From Eledone cirrhosa (lineage: Eukaryota), in contig OZ024741.1 in assembly GCA_964016885.1 (NCBI GenBank), positions 171,926,001-171,990,000 on the forward strand: a stretch of 64,000 nucleotides of DNA, given 5' to 3'. This document shows positions 14,178 through 29,252 of this stretch, piece by piece. The position numbers were made by a program, and so were the translations under genes. Position 1 is the first letter of the stretch; each line of letters begins with the position of its first letter. The notes under the pieces were generated by a model. That model was not told the DNA's origin, ran no database searches, and saw only the letters and a list, made by a program, of their open reading frames with translations.

Positions 14178-15980
14178 TAACACTACAGCACACTACACCA
14201 CACCACACCACGCCACACTACACCCCTCCACACCACACCACACTACACTACATCACACTCTACCACACCGCACCACACTACAGCACACCACACCGCACCA
14301 TACTACACCTCACCACACCACACCGCACCGCATAACACTACAGCACATTGCACCACACTATACCACACCACACTACACCACACCACACCACACTACACTG
14401 CACCACACTACACCACACTACACCACACTACACCACATGACACAACACTACAGCACACTGCACCACACTATACCACCCCATACTACACCACACAACACTA
14501 CACTGCACCACACTATACCACACTATACTGCACCTACAGTACACCACACTATACTGCACCACACTACACCACACCACACCACACTACACTGCACCACACT
14601 ACAGCACACTGCACCACACTATACCACACCACACTACACCACACAAGACCACACTCCACAACACTAAACCACACTATACTGCACCACACTATACCTCACC
14701 ACACCGCACTACACTGCACCACACTATACCAGACCACACAACACCACACACCACCACACCACACCACACTACACTGCACCACACTATACCACACCACACA
14801 ACACCACACTACACAACACCACACCACACTACACTGAACCATACTACACCACACCACACTACAGCACACTGCACCACACTATACCACACCACACTACACC
14901 ACACCGCATCACCCACACCACACTATACCACACAACACCACACAACACCACACTACACCACACCACCCCGCACCACCCACACCACACTACAGCACACTGC
15001 ACCACACAACACCACACCACACCACACTACACTGCACCACACTATACCACAACGTACCACACTATACTGCACCACACCACACCATACCACACTACACCAT
15101 ACCACACTACACCACACCACACCACACCACACTACACTGCACCACACTATACCACAACGTACCACACTATACTGCACCACACCACATCACACCACACCAC
15201 ACCGCACCACACTACACTGCACCACACTATACCACACCGTACCACACCACACAACACCACACTACACCACACTACACTGCACCACACTATATCACACCAC
15301 ACCACACCGCACAACACCATACTACACTGCACCACACTATACCACACCACAACACACAACACCAGACTACACCACACTACACTGCACCACACTACACCAC
15401 ACTATACCACACCACACCACACCACACCACACCACACCACACTACACTACACTGCACCACACTACACCACACTATACCACACCACACCAGACCACACCAC
15501 ACTACACTGCTCACACTATACCACACCACACTACACCACACTACACCACACTACACCACACTATACCACACCACACTACACCACACTGCACCACACTATA
15601 CCACACCACACCACACCAGACCACACGACACTACACTGCTCACACTATACCACACCACACTACACCACACTATACCACACCACACCACACCACACTACAC
15701 TACACCACACTATACCACACCACACAACACCACACCACACTACACCACACCACACCACACCACACCACACCACACTACACCACACCACACCACACCACAC
15801 CACACAACACCACACCACACTACACCACACCACACAACACCACACCACACTACACCACACTATACCACACCACACAACACCACACCACACTACACCACAC
15901 CACACCACACCACACCACACTACACCACACCACACTACACCACACTACACCACACAACACAACACCATACTATAGCACGC
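14178..15980. repeat. Degenerate pentanucleotide array (CACAC/CACTA/CACTG)
   Basis: Direct reading; ~1.8 kb. Confidence 0.95.
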
Positions 15981-16399
15981 AACACATCATCACACCAGCC
16001 AGCCAGACAACCAACCTCAGTACCATATCACACCCTTGCCCCTCTTCCCAATCCAACCCACCACTTTTCCTCATCTCCATCCATTCCCACCCCCTCCCAT
16101 ACTCACCTGTCCTTCAAACAACTTCCGTTCTGTGACAACCCCGCCATACTCACCTAGCCACTATCAATACAATCTTACACCATTGTCCGCAATCTTTACC
16201 ATCACCGTTCATTCCAGCTCTGTCGTCTTTCTCCTCCCAATGACACCCAACTACCCACATTAAACCCAATGTCACACTATTGCCCACCATCATGTCCCAT
16301 TCTCTCTCACTCTCTTTACCCTCCTTTCACTCTCTCTCAATCTCTTCATATTTCACCACCCCCTCTCTCAATTTCTTCATCTCCCACTCTCTCAGGCTG

Positions 16400-16447
<48 letters not shown>

Positions 16448-16679
16448 TTGTTCTTTCTTTCGTTCTTTCTTTCTTTCTTTCTTTTTTTCTTTCTTTCTTT
16501 CTTTCTTTCTCACAACGCCTCTCTATTTTTTTACGTTTTTCTCTCTCTCTCTCTATCTCTCTTTCTGCGTCTCTGTATGTCTCACAATGCCTCCCAATCT
16601 TTCTTTGTCTGTCTCTCTATCTCTTTCTCTCATCTGCTTTCTCTGTTTGGTTCTCTGTATGTCTCACAATGCATCTCCA

Positions 16680-16734
<55 letters not shown>

Positions 16735-16853
16735 ACTCTGTCTCTCTTCCCCTCTGCCCCCCTCTCTCTCTCTCTCTCTGTCACTCTGTCTCTCTTCCCC
16801 TCGCCCCCCCCTCTCTCTCTTTCTCTCTGCCACTCTGCTTGTCCCACAATGCC

Positions 16854-16910
<57 letters not shown>
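16400..16910. repeat. (TTTC)n / (TC)n polypyrimidine tract
   Basis: Direct reading. Confidence 0.9.
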
Positions 16911-16915
<5 letters not shown>

Positions 16916-17428
16916 TCTACCTATTTCTGACTCCTTGTCTTTCTCTGACTTATTATGCGTCTCTGTCTCTCTTTGTTTTTCTATCTCTCTCTCCCTTTGT
17001 CTCTATGTCTCCCCTTGTTTCCCTTTGTCTCTCTATGTCTCTCTTCTGTTATTCTGCCATCATTGTAAAAAAAACCCGTTCTCTCTCTGTAACTCTCTCC
17101 TCATTACCTCAGTACTCTTTCTCTCTCTAGTCTTTCTTATTCATTATTGTCTTGCTTCTTCATTCTCCTCTCTCCATACCCTTTTCACCAACCCACCACC
17201 AGCATCATCATTTCGGTATTTAGTTACGTCTCTTTACGTTCCTAGTTCAAATCTCACAGATGTCAACTTTGCCTTTAATCCTTCCGGGTTTAATAAAATA
17301 AAGTTCTAGTCAACTGAACTTTTAGTTATGTTAGAAATTATCTAGAATATTGTTATTCTCACGGCGTGTGTTATGTTACGCTTCAAAGGGAAATAATCTC
17401 GTCCAGACCTTCATTATTACGCTTATCT

Positions 17429-17613
17429 TGGCGGTGGATTGGCAGTATCGGTAGAGGGTCAGACGCCATGCTTTCCATCATAGTTACGTCCCTTTACGAT
17501 CTGAGTTCAAATCCCGCCGAGGTTGACTTTGCCTTTCATCCTTACGGGGTCGATAAAATAAAGTACCAGTAATGCACTGGGTAATTGCTGGCCTTGTGCC
17601 TAAAGTAGAAACA
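17429..17613 (+). mobile_element. Full-length SINE with 16-bp TSD
   Basis: TSD ATTATTACGCTTATCT at 17413-17428 and 17614-17629; Pol III A/B-box-like motifs. Confidence 0.92.
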
Positions 17614-18434
17614 ATTATTACGCTTATCTGTTGTAGTGAAAACAAGCTGAGAATAACAGCAAGAGAAGTTGAGGTGGGGTGAAAATGAAAGTATTTCCCT
17701 GCGTTAAAATTAAACGGTTTATTTATTTTTTATATACAAAGGATAAACATCTAGCATCTTTAAATAATCATTGAAATCCATTAGTGTTTATTACAAAAGA
17801 TAAACGAGTCTAATATATTTCAATAATTGATCAAATCCATCAGTAGGAAAGGCATAACGCCACATAAACTCGATTAAATAACAGTCTAATTGTGTGTGTG
17901 ATGAATACCAGAGTCTCGTTTACTTCTATTTGTATTCCCGATCCCACAGAGATTCAACATACTTCTGTAACAAAAGATGCTTTAGAGTCTCTAGCCGGCT
18001 TTCTCCAGTTCACTCGTTAATTTACTATCATTATTGAATACCTTTTTGGTAGTTTATTGTAACGATCCCGTAAGGATGGAAAGCAAAGAATCCCCCTGAA
18101 GTCAACTTTGCCTTTTGCGCCTCCGGGGAATTCTTCTTCTTCTTCTTCTTCTTCTTCTTCTTCTTCTTCTTCTTCTTCTTCTTCTTCTTCTTCTTCACTA
18201 CCATTACTACCAGCATTTATAATCGTCATCATCATCTTTATCAGCTACACAGCTACCCCTAGCAGCAGCAACAGTAGCAGCAGACCCTCCTCCACTATGC
18301 TACCTCAACGACAACCCCTTCACTATCATCGCCACCAAAATAAAAGCACCCGTTTCTTAATAATTTTATTCTCTAAGAAAATAAGGAAACACTTTGACTT
18401 TTTGGAGCGAAGAAAAAAATCTTTCACTTTCACT

Positions 18435-19362
18435 TAGAACAAAGGAGATTGTTGAGTCCAAGCTAGTTGACGAACAGTGTGGTTTTCGCTTCTGTGGTAG
18501 CACAGCCGACCAAATATCCACACTGCGGCAGGGCTTTGAGACGTGTTTCGTAAATCTCGAAAAGGCATATGACTGCATTCCACGAGATTTGTTTTAGAAG
18601 GTACTGCAGGAGTATGGAATCGATGGTCAGCTTCTTGTTGTCCTGATGCTCTATACGAATGCCCTAGTATTTGTGTTATGATAAATGGGGCTTAGGCGAA
18701 ACCATTCAATGTGGGTGTCGGATTCCGCCAAGCGTGCGTATTGTTACTTATCCTGTCCATAATTTTCATTTACAGGATTTACATGTGCAGCCGGGCTGGA
18801 AGTGGTATGAGGACTGGCAGGTGTTGGATCAGTTGGCTGAAATTTGCAGACGACATGGTGCTACTTAATCCGCCAGAAGTCGGTCACCGACATTTGATAG
18901 GTTTTCTGCTGAGTACTGTACGAAATGAACACAAAACAGCGGTGCGAAGACTGAGACACTCATCCTCTCAAAGAAGTCTGCGCAGTGCACTCTAATTATG
19001 AGTGGAGTTCACCTGAAATATGTCGAGATGCTCAAGTGTCTCTGGGCCGTGTTCATGTGTGATGGAAGTTACGAGGCTGAATTAAGTGCAAGAATTACAA
19101 GAACTGGTGCAGTAATGCGCCAACTTCAGTATTTGGTCATCAGAATAAGGGAATAGGTGTAAAAGCCTAATTCGTTATCTTCAATTCCATGCCAACTCTT
19201 ACCTACAGTTTTGGGTAATGACTGAAAAAAATATGATTGGAAATACAGGCGGATGAAATGGGGTTCTCCCGAAGGGCATTGAAGTAATGTTACTCGATAG
19301 AGTGCATAGCTCGGAGATCAGAGAGTCATTCCAGGTAGAGCCGCTATTTCTCTGAATTGAAA
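18435..19362 (+). mobile_element. Decayed RTE-clade RT fragment (related to 182-2585)
   Basis: EQCGFR, FVNLEKAYD, LKFADDMVL; nucleotide similarity to 1890-2345. Confidence 0.8.
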
Positions 19363-21002
19363 CTCACTTATAGAAATATTGAATATACTAGTGTGCTTAT
19401 TGGGGAAGATAGAAGCATCCCAGAAAATAGAAACATCATAATTCGTCCAAAAAGGGGCTCATATATAGCTTGGCATCTTGACCCAGTATGTTACCCTCAA
19501 ATATTTGTATAGAGTTTGGATAGCACAATGATATTATGTTGAGGAGCAAAGAACCCTAAATGAGGTGACTAGACAAGATTTGTACTGTTATAGTCTTCAT
19601 ACATAGCTTCAGTGTTAGAAACCTTTTACAATATATAGTCGAAAAGGCTATTGTTCATAATCAGTATCACTACATCTCTTCTGTTTTTTTTTTGTTATAT
19701 ATACTGAGCTCTTCTTTCCAACTAAGTAGAATATCACTTACTGATGAGTTATAATAATATCGAAACATACATTGCTTTCACCAGCTAACTTCAATACCCA
19801 AAACCCATTCGCATACAGCATCTCTGTACTTTCCAAAATTTCACTTGATTGACTTTATTAAAGTTATCTTCTTTACTTGTTATGTTTAGAGAACACCCAG
19901 AGAACACGCTTTTAAGTTATTTCCCTCAGTTATTCTTGTTATTCTTGAGCAGTCTACCTTGACAGATCAATAAATCCTATCCTCCCCAGCAACGACTTCT
20001 CTCACGTCTAATGAGACTAATCTTGGAACAACATCGACGATTATATCTTGATTGTTGTAGATTCTTTGTCATAATTGCTGTCATAAGGGATGAACTGTTT
20101 TTTTCTCTTTCCTGATGGTTGCCGATTTTCTGAATCTATTCTACACGAAAATGATGAGTTTGTTTGAATCATTCTAATTAAGAAGGAAGTATGCGTCACA
20201 CCTTCAATGCTTTCTTATGGGTATTTATACCACTTTTTCTTTTGATTTTGTCCGTCAATGACTTGTAGACAATCTACAAGTTTGCCGTATAAAATATTTG
20301 TAATTAGACTTGTTAGTATATATATGGAATTAGTAGTTAATATAATTTTATTGAATTGAACTTGTAACACCCAATTAAAATCAGGCTATACTGGAATAAT
20401 AGAATATATTAATACTCGTATTAATAATGGGTTTAATGAGACGTGTTTCTGTGAAATGACGCGGAAAAGGTGAGAAGCGTGAAGTCGCATGATGAGATAG
20501 AGATTTGTCCAAGTGATACTATTAAATAACAAATCACACTCAAAACTATTTTAGATAACCTGTTTTTAGACGTCTTGGTGGAATGTACCAGAAAACCAAA
20601 TTTTCGCCTGAAGATAAATGCCTCAACACAAGGATTTTTCGTTCTTCTTTGGATATTGCGGTAAATAAATCCTTACAGTCATGAAGGAGTTATGTAATGC
20701 GGTTCACTGCATGAAAAATAAAAAAGCATTTCCTGCATATAAGATTGTTCGATCATAGTTGTTCTGAGCTAAACAAATAGGAAAGTTAAACGGAGGCTCA
20801 AATAGCTGAAACTAACATCAAGAATATCTGTAAAGGTTACCCACTAATGTCCTAAGGCATAATTCTGAAAAAATGAATAAATACGGAATGGTGAAGACTG
20901 GAAACACTCGGATCGCTGGTTTGATTTGAAAGCTAAACATCAATGACGGCGACAACAACCAAAAGTAGAAGGTTAAAATTTGGTATGAGTCCGTATAATT
21001 AT

Positions 21003-21540
21003 TTATAAAAACAGCAGAGGTACCCGAGGAGTTACAGGCAGAGTTCGTCTGAAATCACCAGCAAGAACCATTGTCGTTCCTCCCATTATGCAAGTATCTC
21101 TTAACAGATTTCTTATTGTCCCGGCCAAAGCTTCAATTGCACGTTTATGGCTCATGGTGGCTTCATCCAAATTATCACCTTGCATGTTTGCAGGAGCTTG
21201 TCTTTGGGTAAGATCTTGATGTTGCAAACAAGATTGTCCATGCCGTGTGAGATCTATGGGAAGCTTAAACATGGAGTGTGCAGTTCTTCCTCCATCCAGA
21301 AATATTGCTGCAATGCCACTTGAAGCCACAGCAAGGGCAATATGTTGCTTTTGGTGAACCTTTGCAAGCATGAAGTTTATGAGGAATGTTTTACCTGTGC
21401 CAATAGGAGCCTGAATGAAAAAAAAGTCCCCCCCCCTGTCGTTTTTAATCTTTTCCATGATGTTGTGGTAGGCGTATTTCTGGTTGTCCACCAATTAAGG
21501 GTCATTGTAAACACGTCCAATACCATCACTTTCCTTGACA
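21003..21540 (-). mobile_element. Helitron PIF1-like helicase fragment (pseudogenised)
   Basis: FFIQAPIGTGKTFL, AVASSGIAA..LDGGRTAHSMFKLPI, DEATM, VLAGDFRRTLPV. Confidence 0.85.
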
Positions 21541-22103
21541 TTATAACCTTCCACTAAATGACATTGCTTCCTTCGATTCCTGGTCTTGCAATTGGTCCAG
21601 GTGTAGTATATTGGGATGTCAGCATATAGCAGGGATCGAGCAAACCCACCATTCTAGCAGAGTTATTAAAAAGCAGTTTAAGTAGTGTCAGGTGGGGCTT
21701 GTGCTAACTGATGAGGAGTGGTCTCAGTGAAATACTGCCTCAGTCCATTTTCTAGAGATGTATCCATCTCTCTGATATTGTTTGACTTTAACGTGACAAC
21801 CTTCATTTAGTTCCTTGTCAGAAACAAAGATAGACATGTCACGGCCCTTGTTGATACATTATGTGACATATAATATTGCTTTGACAGAGCTGCAATACTC
21901 AACATCGATATAAGCTTTTAGAAATTTACACACATTTTGTTTTGTGGGACTAGCCATCGATTGTCTATGGTCAGCATTGGGACATTGGAAAAAATAACGC
22001 AGAAATTTGTATATGTGTATATATAATCTTGATTTACAATCTTGAATTTGTTTGTAATATATATCGTTAACTTTAGAGAGAGGAAAAGTTGAAAAACGTC
22101 TAT

Positions 22104-22164
<61 letters not shown>

Positions 22165-22188
22165 GACACGCACACACACACACACACG

Positions 22189-22219
<31 letters not shown>

Positions 22220-22312
22220 GTCTCTAGCTTAAAAATGGTGACACACATATATATGGTATGTCCCTAATTTAAGAACGATGACACACATGTGCAATAGAGC
22301 CATAACTAGTTG

Positions 22313-22346
<34 letters not shown>

Positions 22347-22350
22347 TCAT

Positions 22351-22391
<41 letters not shown>

Positions 22392-22967
22392 GGTAGGTTG
22401 ATCGATTGATAGATAGATAGAAAACCCACGCTGTATAGGTACTCGACTAATCATTGTTTCAATGTGAGGTCCTCACAATCATTCAGTATTTCTACAAAAG
22501 GATTTAGTAACACAGCAGAATACTTTTATTTTAAGTCTGTAATCTTCCACCGAATTGTATCTAGATATGCTTACATCTTTAATGAGTAATTTTCCCTACT
22601 AAGAAGGGAGTGGAGACCGATGAAGTGTGAAGTAACTCAGTTGATTCGAACCGCTACCCAGGCTACATGAAATCCATACAGTGTTCTAATTTCATAACGA
22701 AACTAAGTTACAGGTGGATATGAGTATTAGTATTTATTCGTACCTGAGTAATAAAAAAAGGCAATTCAAATCGAGACACATTTCGAGAAAGAATGTTATT
22801 GAAAATAAACCTGTGATTCATGTTTTAAGAGGACATACTTTTTAACACGACACTTAGGAATTTTTATTTCTCTCAAAGCTGCTTTTAACACAAGAAAAGT
22901 ACGGAACCGCTCACTGATTTTACTTTTTTTGAAAACTGGCGATAAATACATTAAATCCATAGCGACA

Positions 22968-23016
<49 letters not shown>

Positions 23017-23083
23017 ACGCTCTCTCTCTCACGCTCTCTCTCTCTCACGCTCTCTCACGCTCTCTCACTCTGTCTGTCTCTCT

Positions 23084-23128
<45 letters not shown>

Positions 23129-23185
23129 ATTTATATATATATATTTATATATATATAAATGTATGTGTATATATATATATATATA

Positions 23186-23271
<86 letters not shown>

Positions 23272-24023
23272 AAGGTTCTATACAAAACTGGTTATAGAGA
23301 AAAGGTGAAATTGGAAATAGCATGGAAAATATATTTAAGGGTCTGTTTTTCTTTTTTTTTCTTTCTTTGATTCGTTAAAGTGACATTATAGAAAAAAAAT
23401 GAGAGGGATATTTCTTTTAAAAAAGAGTTTTATAATGTATGTAAAGTATATAAAGTATAACCGGTTTCGATATATTAGTAAAATTTATCTTATCAAATGT
23501 TGAGTATTACAATTAAAAAGAATTAATAAGATTAAAAAAAAAAAAATTAAAGATTTAAAATTAAGTGTTGAGGCAAGTTTTTTCATCTTCCTTGTTGAGA
23601 AGACTGGAAAAATGAACTCTTGTGTATATATAGAGAGAGAGGTGGAGTCAGGGTAGTAGCAGCAGCAGTGGTGGTAGTTTTGCTTTTTCGCACGGAACAA
23701 AATTGCTTTTAAGGAGCTGCTGCTACTACCATGACTACACATCTCTCTATACATACATAAGAGTTTATTTGAAGAGGCGTCGACCAAGATTCGAGATCCA
23801 ATCACCAGATTAAATTGTAAAAAATTGTGAAAAATTGTAATATGAAATAAAATTTCACAAAAAGCTCCAATACCTTTGTCCCTCTATATATACCCTGCAA
23901 ACTACCGCCGCCTTAAACCCGGAGCAAAATCCCACCGAGAAACGGACGTTGTAACATGTGTTTCGACCAGCGTCAACAATAGTAACTACAAGTTACTCAC
24001 TTAACATATATCTACATCTATAT

Positions 24024-24345
24024 ATATATAAGAACAAAAGATGGTTAAAAGAGTTCCATGTATTTTATTATGCGCATTTCAAAAACAAATATCATCATGC
24101 AATAATATTTGTGTTTTCATCAGATAAAACAGGAAGACATGATATGAAGGTTAAAAAACACTTGTGGATAGTTCAGTTTTAAATCAACATATCATATAAT
24201 GCGCATAATAAAATATATGGAACTCTTTTAACCATCTTTTGTTCTTATATATTATGTATACTCCAGTCCTACAAACTGTAGAGTGCTTCTTATCCGATAT
24301 CTGCATTGCTTTATTGTACTACAATAAAACTCACCCCCTACATTA
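24024..24345. mobile_element. Non-coding hairpin mini-element, family A (copy 1)
   Basis: Inverted arms 24024-24078 / 24198-24252 plus a tail; homologous to 39506-39840; flanked by TA/TC repeats. Confidence 0.8.
24063..24129 (-). ncRNA. Type I hammerhead ribozyme motif
   Basis: ttttat-CUGAUGA-stem II-GAAA-ugcgc-AUA-ataaaa; palindromic stem III. Confidence 0.75.
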
Positions 24346-24347
24346 CA

Positions 24348-24493
<146 letters not shown>

Positions 24494-24527
24494 TAGATAG
24501 ATATAGATAGATATATATATATATATA

Positions 24528-27500
24528 GTAATAATAATAAATTTGAAGACTAAAATCCAAAGAGGGCTCGATAAGTATAAATATATATAAATATATACGG
24601 GTGAAAGCAGCGATTCTTTGCTTAAACTTTAATCTGTTATTTTAATAGATATTTGCACCACGGTTCTTATATATTTGATATATATTTATCCTTATCGAGC
24701 CCTCTTTGGATTTTAGTTTTCAAATTTATTATTATTACTATTTGGCTCCCCCGGTTGAGCACTCTATTGACTTATATTCATCATGCAGAAACAACATCTG
24801 AATATTTCTACAAAGAACATACCCGTACCAAGCAGGAAAACATACCTAAAACTCCTGATACATTAAAAGATTGCGTTGGTGTGCCTTTAATTTCGATAAT
24901 CAAGGAAAAGCAGACAACAGACAGGATAAATTTGGGTTTAAAACCTATAATAACCCTCCGAGTAACCCAGCATTACTACCCTTCGAAAATGATGTCTTGG
25001 AACTCATACGGAGTATCAAATTTCGGAATAGGAGCAATTCCTTCCAGCAGGACCTGAAGAATAGAATTCGTTCTATTAAGGATTCTAATGCCGTGCACGT
25101 CCATTCCGACAAAACTGGCAATCTATATCAAGTGGGGCGCAGTACGTACCATCAACTGCTACATAATGCTGGAACTAAGGATTACCGTAAAACTAATCGG
25201 AGCGTCATTAATGAAATCAACGATGCTGGGTTTAAAATCACCTCTGATCTCAACATCCTGGACCGGACTGAACCTCTGGACCCTATTTCTCCCTACTTTA
25301 CCCTGAGGGATCACAAATCCAATTTTCCGAACAACCTCTCTATTCGGCTTATTAACGCTACGAAGTCCGATTTAGGTAGACTTAGTAAAAGGATTCTTGA
25401 TAGAATTATACCTGAAATTAGAAGTTTGGCCCCTCTTGCACTGTGGAACAATTCTTTCGCGGTGATTGATTGGTTCAACGGCATATACAAGGAACATTGC
25501 CGTTTTATCCAATTCGACATCAATAATTAATACTCCTCCATCACTTTACCACTTCTCTTCAGAGCTATCAATTTCGCTAAATCACTCACAGTGGTTAAGG
25601 ATTTCGAAGTTGATGTCATCCTCAATGCCCGTAACTCGGTGATTAATTTCGACGACTCTATTTGGATTAAAAAATCTAATAGTACCCCATTCGACGTGAG
25701 TATGGGTGCCAGCGATTCTGCGGAGGTTACTGATCTTATCGGCCTTTTCCTTCTTTTCTCTATCATGGAAGCATTCCCCAACGTGGGCGGTGGTTTGTAC
25801 CGTGATGATGGTCTTTTGACCATGACTAAGTGCGGCCCACGTGCTTGCGACAGGTTCAGAAAAGAACTCACAGCCTTCTTTAAAGGCTTGAACCTCTCCA
25901 TACAGGTTGAGGCCAACCTCTCGGTCGTTAATTACCTCGAGGTTACCCTGAATTTATCGAATGGCTTGTATTACCCGTATAGAAAGCCGAATGATACGCT
26001 TAATTACATAAGTAAGCATTCTAACCATCCTGCCAGCATAACCAAGAACCTGGTAAGAAACGTTTCTTTGACGCTTTCCCGTCTATCTACTAACGAGCAT
26101 ATTTTCAACGACCATTCCACTTATTACTATGAAGCTCTTGCTCGGAGTGGATTTGACGATAAGGTAGCATATACAGAGTACGAGAATAGACCTAGAAGAA
26201 ATAGATCCCGACTCATTATATGGTATAACCCACCATATAATATGGAGGTGGCCACACCTTTAGCTAAGATCTTTCTCTCCCTTATCACGTAGCATTTTCC
26301 CCCTACACATAAATATAGTAAAATTTTAAATAGAAATACTATTAAAATTTATTACTCTACGACTCCTAACCTTGCACATAACATCACACAGCTTCAAATT
26401 TAGCTAAACTACCTAGCCGTAGGAACACTTGCAGCCCTGTAGTTAGTACTAACTGTAATTGTAGGAATCGTGTTGACTGCCCCCTATCCGGGAAATGCCT
26501 CTCTAGTAACATTGTCTACAAATGTAAGGTTGAAACACCCACATCCCGTAGGGCCTACATAGCGTTAACCGCCAATAGATTCAAGCAGCGTCTTTACATG
26601 CATACCCATTCTTTTCGATACCCTTTAAGAAGGAATATGACGTCACTTTCAGCTTATATCTGGAGTCTAAAAGACAACCACACCCAATATAAGTTACACT
26701 GGGAGATCCTAGCTAAGGCTAGATCGTATAACGGAAATAAAAGACCTTGTGATCTCTGCGCCGCTGAGGCCCTGGAAATACTCTACGCCAAAGACCACAT
26801 CTTAAACAAAAAATCTGAGGCAATTTCGGCTTGTAAACATAAATTGCACAAAACTTTCCTGTATTACAGCCGTACATTACACCCTAACGGATAGTACGAA
26901 CTATACGCGGTTATTTTACGTCTTGATGTGGTAGCTATGTTATGTTTATACCATTATTTATTTGTATAGGTAAGTATATATTACCTGTATGCTATGTGAA
27001 GGTACGTATACTTTCTCGTACGTATATTTGATTGTATATGTTATGGCGTATATATTATATATTCTGGTACATATGCTTTTGGTTATGTGTATACGTGAGT
27101 TTTGCGTCTGTGTGAGTATGCGGGTTCGTACGTATGTAGGCTGTGTGTATATGTGTACGTTGTTTTTTGGTTAACGTTCGTCTCCGAACATATGTGTATA
27201 TACATGTATGTATGTGTGTGCGCTTGTTATATACGTATTTATTTATTTATAGACGTTTATTTAATTATATGTATACACGCGCACACACACACACACATAT
27301 ATATATTTTTATCTGTATTTGGTGTATACATTCGTATGCGTGCGGGTATAGGCGTTGCGTGGGTTCTGTATGTGCGTGCGGGTTTTTTTCTTTTTTTTTT
27401 CTGTGTACGTGCGTGTATTTGTATACCTATGGCGAGTGTTTTCGCGTATGCTTGTGTATGTATATGGATGCGTGTATGTATTTATTTAATTTCAATTACC

Positions 27501-27976
27501 TCTGTATTTTATTTACTTTATTCTTAACTCTGAAGCCGAGAATCATTCGGTTTCCTAGTTAGAATTTTCGTCTACGACTTCAGTTATACCATTCACGTGG
27601 TTTTGTCTTTGCGTGCAATTGTTCTCCCCGCTCCACATATGATGTTTTATCTTCGTTTATCCCGTTCATTGCCAGAGAACGTCTCTATGAACTACCTAAT
27701 AGAATATTAGTCTACAACTTCTTTTATACCATAAACGTGGTTCTGTCTTTGCGCGTAATTGTTTTTCACCGCTCCAAATAATGACGTATTATATTCGTTT
27801 TTCCCCGTTCTTTGCCAGGGAACGTTTCTACGAACCAAAGTATCGTCTTCCTGTCTTCCTCCTGTTGCAACGTTTTTTGAAATATCACTTCTGCGTTCAC
27901 AGATTGACTTTGTTACTTTCAGAAGATCCCGTTAAGGGTGAAAGCAGTGATTCTTTGCTTAAACTTTAATCTGTTA

Positions 27977-27983
<7 letters not shown>
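24528..27983 (+). mobile_element. Penelope-like element, family P1 (decayed ORF ~24783-26894), with partial 5' pLTR, inverted 5' fragment and 3' pLTR
   Basis: GLYRDDGL RT; CNCRNRVDCPLSGKC linker; IVYKC..AYIALT..FKQRLYMH GIY-YIG; 24600-24647 repeats at ~27936-27983; 24528-24577 is the inverse of 24690-24739; both flanks (TA)n. Confidence 0.9.
27915..27965 (+). ncRNA. Variant hammerhead-like motif (CAGAAGA core) in the P1 pLTR
   Basis: CAGAAGA-uccc/gggu-GAAA-gca/ugc-UU-aaacu; other copies at 45292-45342 (+), 43981-44031 (-) and a truncated copy near 55235. Confidence 0.5.
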
Positions 27984-28013
<30 letters not shown>

Positions 28014-28098
28014 AAAGTTATATTTAAAATTGTTGGGTTACAACTAGTAAATATTTATAACTGATATAAAAGCACTCGACAAATATTTGGAGTATATT

Positions 28099-28437
28099 TA
28101 CAATATTAAATAAATGGAAACTATATTTATAAAACCATATTTATTTCATTATATATATTTCGGGGATATCATATTAACAATATGCTATGCCTTCCTCAGA
28201 CAAAATACAATATAAACAGTTTTATAGATAAATAGATTCGACATACCGTTATAACACCGACTTGCATTTTGAAAATGCAAGTCGGTGTTATAACGGTATG
28301 TTGAATCTATTTATCTATAAAACTGTTTATATTGTATTTTGTCTGAGGAAGGCATAGCATATTGTTAATATGATATCCCCGAAATATATATAATGAAATA
28401 AATATGGTTTTATAAATATAGTTTCCATTTATTTAAT

Positions 28438-28443
<6 letters not shown>
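28099..28443. repeat. ~172-bp-arm near-perfect palindrome in (TA)n
   Basis: Centre at 28271 (CTTGCATTTT-G-AAAATGCAAG). Confidence 0.95.
28335..28400 (+). ncRNA. Type I hammerhead motif (mirror copy 28142-28207, minus strand)
   Basis: tattttgt-CUGAGGA-stem II-GAAA-uauau-AUA-atgaaata. Confidence 0.7.
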
Positions 28444-28518
<75 letters not shown>

Positions 28519-28854
28519 CGCGTGCTCCGATGAAAACGACTGGTTATAATCAAAGTATTCGAGATCGATTGACGCAAAATCAGGCGGGTAGCGAACTCTA
28601 GATCTACGAGATCGAAGAAACAATTGTCAGCAATGTGAATAAAGCCCTTATTGTACAGCTAACCATGTCACTCTTTTTTCTTGAATCATTATTACTCCAA
28701 GTATAAACTACATAGAAATCACCGCGAACTCGCAGCACCACTAGGGAAACGTCTTGTTGAGTCAAACTAAGCCACACGTTAATACTATCTACTACACGGA
28801 GTACTCTAACTGGATTACTTCTAAGTTTACTGCCTATAACGATAACCTGTTACC

Positions 28855-29008
<154 letters not shown>

Positions 29009-29186
29009 ATATATATATGTGTGTGTGTGTATATATATATTTATTTATTTTTAGATAGATAGACAGATAGATGAATATGCATATTTATGCTCAGATAAAT
29101 TGATTCATATTCATTCCTTAATTGAGCAAAACTACCTTGTTGGTCTCCCTCATATATATGTTTATACTTATACTTGTGTATATATA

Positions 29187-29252
<66 letters not shown>

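Noticed and set aside
14178-17309. ORFs over the pentamer and (TC)n arrays, and a possible CRISPR-like periodicity
   Set aside because: Simple repeats without unique spacers; eukaryotic context
17429-17520. tRNA gene
   Set aside because: A/B boxes are present, but this is the head of a multi-copy SINE with TSDs, not a cloverleaf
19723-19775. CUGAUGA..GAAAC with a type III-like stem I
   Set aside because: Stem III and the NUH cleavage triplet do not form
21003-21494. Host PIF1 helicase gene
   Set aside because: Frameshifted, intronless fragment with Helitron-type motifs
21700-21750. CUGAUGA-gag/cuc-GAAA motif near the Helitron fragment
   Set aside because: No stem I and no valid cleavage triplet
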